A stretch of 63,811 nt of DNA, counting the filler, from Nemertoderma westbladi (taxonomy: Eukaryota; Animalia; Xenacoelomorpha): NCBI GenBank assembly GCA_032718475.1. It is 3 parts of 3 records of this genome, joined end to end, with 100 filler letters (N's around TTAATTAATTAA, not from the genome) between each part and the next. Parts side by side here need not be neighbours in the genome. Positions count along the whole stretch, not along the records: positions 54,672 to 63,811 come from JAUCBJ010008500.1; 2 more parts are not named here. The stretch is one strand, 5' to 3'. Shown here piece by piece: positions 57,601 to 63,811 of the stretch (position 1 is its first letter; each line of letters begins with the position of its first letter). Both the position numbers and the translations under genes were made by a program. The notes under the pieces are model-generated. The model worked only from the letters and a program-made list of their open reading frames with translations, was not told where the DNA came from and did no database searches.

Positions 57601-59095
57601 GTTCCTTTGTTACTGTGCAGGGTGGTGTAGAATTAATTTGTTTACTTATACATAATTTTGTGTTCTGGAATGTCATATTCTGGAATGTTGGAATATATTC
57701 TGCTGTGCATGACTGACAGACTGTTAGGGATTATTCTATATTAGGTGGAAATTAGTTATTTGCCACTATACAACTAACTTGCGCTATGGACAATTTAGGC
57801 ACTGTATCCTAGCTGACAAGGACAATTAGACAATTCTTGCCGAGATATTTGCAATTTTTAGAATTACGGTAAGTCTGATGTAAATTTAGTTAAACAGTTT
57901 GGCGTGAATTTATTATCCATTTATTGTTACTGTTACGTATTCAGCAATTGCTGTTCATATGGGAAATGTTTTTTATAAAAACCTGAAATATTTATTGAAC
58001 TCGAAATTATCAATAGATTATCCTAGAAAATACACAGTCTGGGGAGGCTGTTTAGTAGATCAGATAAGGACCCGCTATAGCGGTAAATTATATTCTTTGT
58101 GGAGATCTCGACCCGGGAATCGTTGACTAGTAGTTCACATATAGATCTGCCTGGTCGGAGATTCTTATGCAGATAGTTTTACAATGCTTACTTGTAATTT
58201 TCGTTCTGGGGCACTAGAATAGCACCAAAATTGGGTTTGCCTTACCAGAAATATTTAAAACTACTGTAGTTTCATCGTAATCAGCGCCCTCGAAAACACG
58301 TGCGTTCAGAATTATCAAACCAAACACACATTTTTTTATTTTGACATTTTTTTACTTGTACTTTTCATACTGGGGGACCAAAATAGCACAAAAATGATGG
58401 TTGCTTTTCCAAAAAATATTTTTAACAAGTTTTATCGTGATCAGTGACCTAGAAAACCCTATTATTTAATAGGCTCAGCCACTCTGCTTCAGTTTCCATA
58501 ATAAATTATAAACTATTAGTGTGGGGCGAGACACGAATGGCGAGCCATCAGCGAACTGATATAATTATACTATGGCTGTTTTTCAAAAGTCTGTGTGTGT
58601 GTGTGTGTCGGAAGCCATAAATGTCGGAAGCCATAATCTAAATTAATATCTTCAGCTAAATTGTATGGTTGAGTCATTTTGAACGGTCTCTCCATGGAAA
58701 TTAATTATTTAGCACCATACGATTAAAGTTATTTTGCACAGAAATTAGATATCTGGAATCCATGTACCCCATTCCATTATAGTTTTTTATTTTCTCAAGT
58801 GATTTGCGTTAATAAAGGTATTTTTCATTGATTTAAACATAATTAACATTGTAAATTTTTACGCTGATTCCATTCTCCCCCATAGAGCCTAAGGCATGGC
58901 AAGGGCAGCCGTGCCCAATAATATTTCTTGAAGTTGTACATTACTAACATGGCAAGCTAAAGTCATTGACCAAGCCAGTGCCCAGGCTAGCACACAATGA
59001 CATAACTGTAGTAGTCTTGTAGAAGGAATAGTGCTCCTTCAATACATCTCAACAGACATCAATTCATTTGCCTCTGCCTGCCATAACATAACATA

Positions 59096-60906
59096 CAGGG
59101 TGTTCCACAAAATTTGACACGTTTTTGTTTTTTTAACTTTGCGTGATGTGATCTCAACCTAATTTCCTAGTTTTGGTGGCAATCGGAAGCCGAAAGATAA
59201 ACTTAATCTTTGGTTTGGGTATGGCATGTTTTGGTTGCTATGGAAACTTAATGTTGCTATATAAAACAAGAGTTTGATTATCCACTTAATTTTACTATAA
59301 ATATAAAGGTATAAAACTGCACATATTAGTGAAATAATGAAACATATAGGTAGTGGGCTAAAATAGTTTAATATTGGGTAAGTTTACAATGAGTTTACTA
59401 CTACTTTATACTAATTTAATTTAATTAATTATAATAATTTACTACTAATACACTTCAATATGTCCTCCTCCAATATGCTGGACGTGATCCAGTCTTCTGC
59501 GCATCTCCTTGAAGCAATTAGCGAAGTAATCCTGGGACAATGAACTAAAGGCATCCCGAATTGCCGTCTTCAGTTCCTCAACATTTTGAAGATTCTGGGC
59601 GTACACTAAATTCTTCACATGCCCTCATAGACTAAAATCCAAGGGAGTCATGTCCGGTGATCGTGGCGGCCACTTTACATGAACATCTCGACCGATCCAT
59701 CGTCCCTGAAAGTTTTCATTGAGAAACTCTCTTACCAATAAGCCCCAGTGGGGTGGTGCACCGTCTTGTTGGAAGATTGCCGTGGAGAGATTTGATAACT
59801 GGGGAACAAAGTAGTCATTTAGCAAGTCTAGGTAAGAGAACCTGTTTACAGTAGAATGGGGGAAGAAATAGGGGTCAATTAGTTTGGTTTCGGACATCGC
59901 AGCCCACACTGTAAACCTTTGGGGTATCCCTAAACTTTTCTAAAATTTTATGAGGATTCTCCTTTCCCCAAATCCTACAATTCCATCTGTTTACTTGGCC
60001 GTTGATATGAAAAGTTTCCTCGTCGCTGAAGAACACGTTACTCAGGTCCTTATCATGGAGGTACTCTGCTATTTTAGAAGCGGCTTCTACTCGTGTTGAA
60101 TAATCTGAGGATTGTAGTCCATGAACGACTTGGAGTTTGTAAGCTCTAAAGTGGAGATTCTTTGCAGTCCCTATGCAAACATCCAAGACTAATATTTAGA
60201 GCCAATGATGCTCTACGTAATGAGGTTTCTGGGTGTGCGGTTAAATATTGGCCAATATTATTAACAACATTTTCACTAAGGGGCAGTCTACCGGAACCTT
60301 TCTTACGCAAAAGCGTTTTTTCGTTTCGAAATTTAATGACAATCCTAGATATGTCTTTCCTTGTAGGTCAGGTCGCCTTTCTCCAGGATATTTATGGGAA
60401 TACTGTAGTGATACAAGTTTTGCAGAAACTTACTTATGATGAAAACTTTCTGATCTCCAGAAAACATATTAGTTATTAAATTGACATCTAAATGTAACCA
60501 AAAAAGTTTATATGCTGTAATTATGTAGTGACTGTAGGCCTAACCATGAAGAAATCAATAACAGTAGACAACCAATATGCAACACATGTACCAATATGTA
60601 ACAAATGCACAATTAAAACACACTTAAAGCTACAGATAGTGATGATGTTGTCTAGAATAAATAAATTTAGATTGTTACTATGACTTCACTAATACTTAAT
60701 TTAGATCAATATTTAAAATTTGTCTTATATTCAACATCTCCCTCATAAATTATCTGAGAACATTTCATACTATTTTTCAGAATAAGTGTTAGTGTGAATA
60801 ATGTATGTTACCATAGCAACTAAAATATTCCATACCCAAAACAAAGTTTAAGTTTATCTTTTGGCTTCAAATTGCCACCAAAACTAGGAAATTAGGGAAC
60901 ACCCTG
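59096..60906 (-). mobile_element. Tc1/mariner DNA transposon, DD41D (rosa/Visitor) type
   Basis: TA|CAGGGTGTTCC ... GGAACACCCTG|TA. Long imperfect TIRs (59158-59250 against ~60810-60896). Internal transposase remnant. Confidence 0.92.
59445..60467 (-). pseudogene. DD41D transposase with frameshifts and stops
   Basis: GSGR and TSLRR HTH region, FFSDE, NCRIWG.ENPH, FQQDGAPPH and WPPRSPDMTPLDF. I counted 41 residues between the second and third Asp. Confidence 0.9.
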
Positions 60907-61080
60907 TATGTATATCCATGATTTTCATTCACCTCTCACCACAATTATTATTAGTAATTAAACGTTTCAATTCGGTTTGTCTTTCCGTTATCTGGTTATT
61001 CAGTTATTGCATTATTAATAAATAAATGTTTTAAAATATATCTTACGAAATATGGTTAATAATTAAAACTTGTCGCTAAA

Positions 61081-61790
61081 ATTCTAGCTATGGGGGTGCT
61101 GATTACATTTCTGATGTCAGTTTTCACGTTTACATAAATTTTACATTTCTGATGTCAGTTTTCACGTTTACATAAATTTAGTCTGTCTGTCTGTCGGTCA
61201 TTCTGTTAGTCAGTCTGTCAAAACATAAAAAATAATTCAAATTCACTAACATTCTCGCTATGGGGGTTTTAAGGGGTGCTGATTTCATTTCTGATGTCAG
61301 TTTTCAGGTTTACATAAATCTAGTCTGTCTGTTTGTCGGTCTTTCTGTTAGTCAGTCTGTCAAAACATAAAAAATAATTCAAATTAACTAACATTCTCGC
61401 TATGGGGGTTTTAAGGGGTGCTGATTTCATTTCTGATGTCAGTTTTCAGGTTTACATAAATCTAGTCTGTCTGTTTGTCGGTCTTTCTGTCAGATAGTCA
61501 GCCTGTCAAAACTTAAAAAAGAATACTAACTAACTAACATTCTCGTATGGGGGTTTTAATGGGTGCTGATTTCATTTCAGATGTCAGTTTTCACGTTTAA
61601 TAAATCTAGTCTGTCTGGCTGTCGGTCTGTCGGTCTTTCTGTCAGTCAGTCTGTCAAAACTTAAGAAAGTATACTAACTAACCAACATTAACGCTATGGG
61701 GGTTTTAAGGGTTGCTGATTTCATTTCTGATGTCAGTTTACACGTTTGCATAAATCTAGTCTGTCTGTCTGTCGGTCTTACTGTCAGTCT
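61081..61790. repeat. Five diverged ~142-170-bp tandem units (Helentron/DINE-1-like non-autonomous repeat)
   Basis: Repeated CTATGGGGGTTTTAAGGGGTGCTGATTTCATTTCTGATGTCAG plus (CTGT)n. A related inverted motif is at about 34400-34485. Family assignment is inferred. Confidence 0.7.
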
Positions 61791-62039
61791 GTACTACTGT
61801 ACTGTGGTTGGCATTACGCCATATACCTAACATTGATAATACAGTCTACAATACAGCCTATCTACAGTACAGAATGGATTTTTTCCCATGAAGAGCACTA
61901 AATGTCTTTAATACTGTACACCAGTATACCTAGACCAAGAGCCTTCCAATAAAACATGTATTCCAGCATGACGTCCACTTCACGTCTTAGTGTTGTCCAT
62001 GGTGACATGCACTGGACGTCATAGGCTCTAAGGGGTTAA

Positions 62040-62418
62040 GCAACACGGTCCCTACTTCGCCCTGTCGACACCCCAGCCATTTTTCACCAATCCTTTTTTA
62101 GAGTTTTTAAATTTTTTTGGTATTGGTAAAAGTTCTAGAACATTAGCAGATATGTTATTTATGATAGCTACCAGTAGTGTTTTTTGCTAGCTAGTATTTT
62201 TAGAAATTATAAAAAATGTGAAAGTCCATGATATTTCAGGTTAAACTGTTGAGGAATATATTAATGACCAAAATAATTTCTAAAATTTACGAGCTAGTAA
62301 AAAATACTAGCATTATACCATAAAAAATCTACTAAGGTTCTAGAACATTCACTAATATAAAAAAGCACTCAAAATCACAAAAAATAAAGGTTAAAAAACT
62401 CATTCGGGACCCTTTTGC
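62040..62418. mobile_element. 379-bp MITE flanked by TTAA
   Basis: TTAA|GCAACACGGTCCC ... GGGACCCTTTTGC|TTAA, with imperfect internal inverted arms (GTTCTAGAAC blocks, TAGAAATTAT/ATAATTTCTA). Confidence 0.65.
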
Positions 62419-63010
62419 TTAAGGAGTCAAAATTGTAGAAAAAATTCCCGAAATTCGCGACATTTGCGAAATTCGTGACGTTTGCGAAATTCGCGAAGAA
62501 TCCGTCAGTTTCTGTGCCCTAATGGGTTCGTGCCAAAACAATCAAATCTTACACACTTAACACACACGAACTAATTTAAAGTGGGTATTACAGTAGTATG
62601 CCTCAATAATTAAATAGAAATTAAATTAATGAACGCTATTACAACATGAAATCTACGGAATCAATACACAACACACGCACACTACTGAATTTAAAAATTT
62701 ATATAGATGCAACTTATATTTGGCTACCTTTTAATGGGTGACTAATTTAATTATTCAACCCTATATATTTGTAGCCTTTTTAATTTGTGCCTCTAATTGA
62801 ATCAAACATTAAACTAAAATAATATATGTCACAATATTGGTCTGTCTGTAGCTGGTCAATGAATCTCTCATAAATTTGTTAATTAGTCGGTGCTCAGTCA
62901 TTGAAAATTTGAACAAGTGCTGCTCGAAGACCCCACAACGTGTATTAACTTGTTTGTACAATAACTAACCGGTATATTATATACCGGTATATTACCGGTA
63001 CATTTTAAAT

Positions 63011-63333
63011 TTTTTTACTAGCTAACAAATAGTACTAGCTAACACAAAAACAAAAGTACAAGCTACCATCTCACTGTTAGACAGTCAGAATGTCAAATAT
63101 TTGTTCTAGAACAAAAAAAACTCATAATGAAAGGCATTTTTACAAGAAAATGTTGGTAAAATGTTTTTTCAATTTTTCAATTATAATTTTTTTCACTAGC
63201 TAATAAAAAGTACTAGCCAACACAAAATCAAAATTACTAGCTACCATCTTACTGGCAGAAGGTTAAATATTTGTTCTACAACAAAAAACCTAATGATAAA
63301 AGCCATTTTCATAGGAAAGATATTGGTCAAAAA
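63011..63333. repeat. Two diverged ~180-bp tandem copies
   Basis: ACTAGCTAA..GTACTAGC.AACACAAAA..AGCTACCATCT..AAATATTTGTTCTA is repeated at about 63011 and 63189. Confidence 0.7.
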
Positions 63334-63595
63334 GTGGGTACCCATAACATAGTAATGCCATAGTGCCTACTAGGCCTAGCTAGTTTTAGTGATTTTTAAA
63401 TTGTTGTTCCAGAACATGTTTGCTCGTTTATAAAAATGTCCCAGAATTTATTTCTGTAACCTTTTTAAGAGTTCTAGAAGTTTGGTATATAATAGCGAAA
63501 ATGTTCGTGAATCGTGAACAAAACATACAAATATAAAAAATGGCCAATATTATATTTATTATACATCTTGTTAAGTGAAATCCAGAATTTAACAA

Positions 63596-63719
63596 TGTGT
63601 ATAATGTACCTTTATCTCACTTCGGGAACTCGTATCAATATTTCACTCACTCGCTTCGCTCGTTTGTGTAGATATTAACAGTCGGTACCGGCGTGAGATA
63701 AAGTCCTACATTATTCACA
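63596..63719. mobile_element. ~124-bp fold-back (MITE-like) element
   Basis: Arms ATAATGTA/TACATTAT and CTTTATCTCAC/GTGAGATAAAG. The centre contains CACTCACTCGCTTCGCTCGT. Confidence 0.6.
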
Positions 63720-63811
63720 ATATAATAAATAGTTATTAATGAAAAATGAAAAAAGCAACCAAATAAGCTTTATAGTTTCTAATAAGCGTTATATAATTTT
63801 TCCATTAAAAT

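Overview
This window is AT-rich eukaryotic DNA, most likely from an invertebrate animal, with two assembly gaps. Transposons and satellites dominate it. The host-type coding sequence is an intronless DRAM-family gene, the 3' half of DNA polymerase beta directly abutting an RTE retrotransposon tail, and a decayed LDL-receptor class A fragment. Mobile DNA: a Penelope-like GIY-YIG remnant inside an inverted repeat; a CR1/L2-group LINE fragment; a Polinton/Maverick relic (packaging ATPase, small conserved gene, RING gene); an RTE copy inserted in that relic and itself split by a near-intact 4.4-kb two-ORF LINE; a second RTE copy; a young intact Gypsy (Mag-like) LTR element; a DD41D Tc1/mariner; and several MITE-like elements. 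Satellites of 43, 20, 17-18 (16 kb, with higher-order repeats), 52 and 53 bp account for nearly all ORFs listed between 27 and 52 kb. The most notable feature is a head-to-tail array of apparently identical 340-bp units at 53108-54571. Each unit encodes a type I hammerhead ribozyme on the minus strand within a strongly self-complementary monomer, making it a candidate retrozyme/circular-RNA system. A 49-bp identical fragment of the unit lies 52 kb away, next to the Penelope remnant. All calls were made by eye; no database searches were run.
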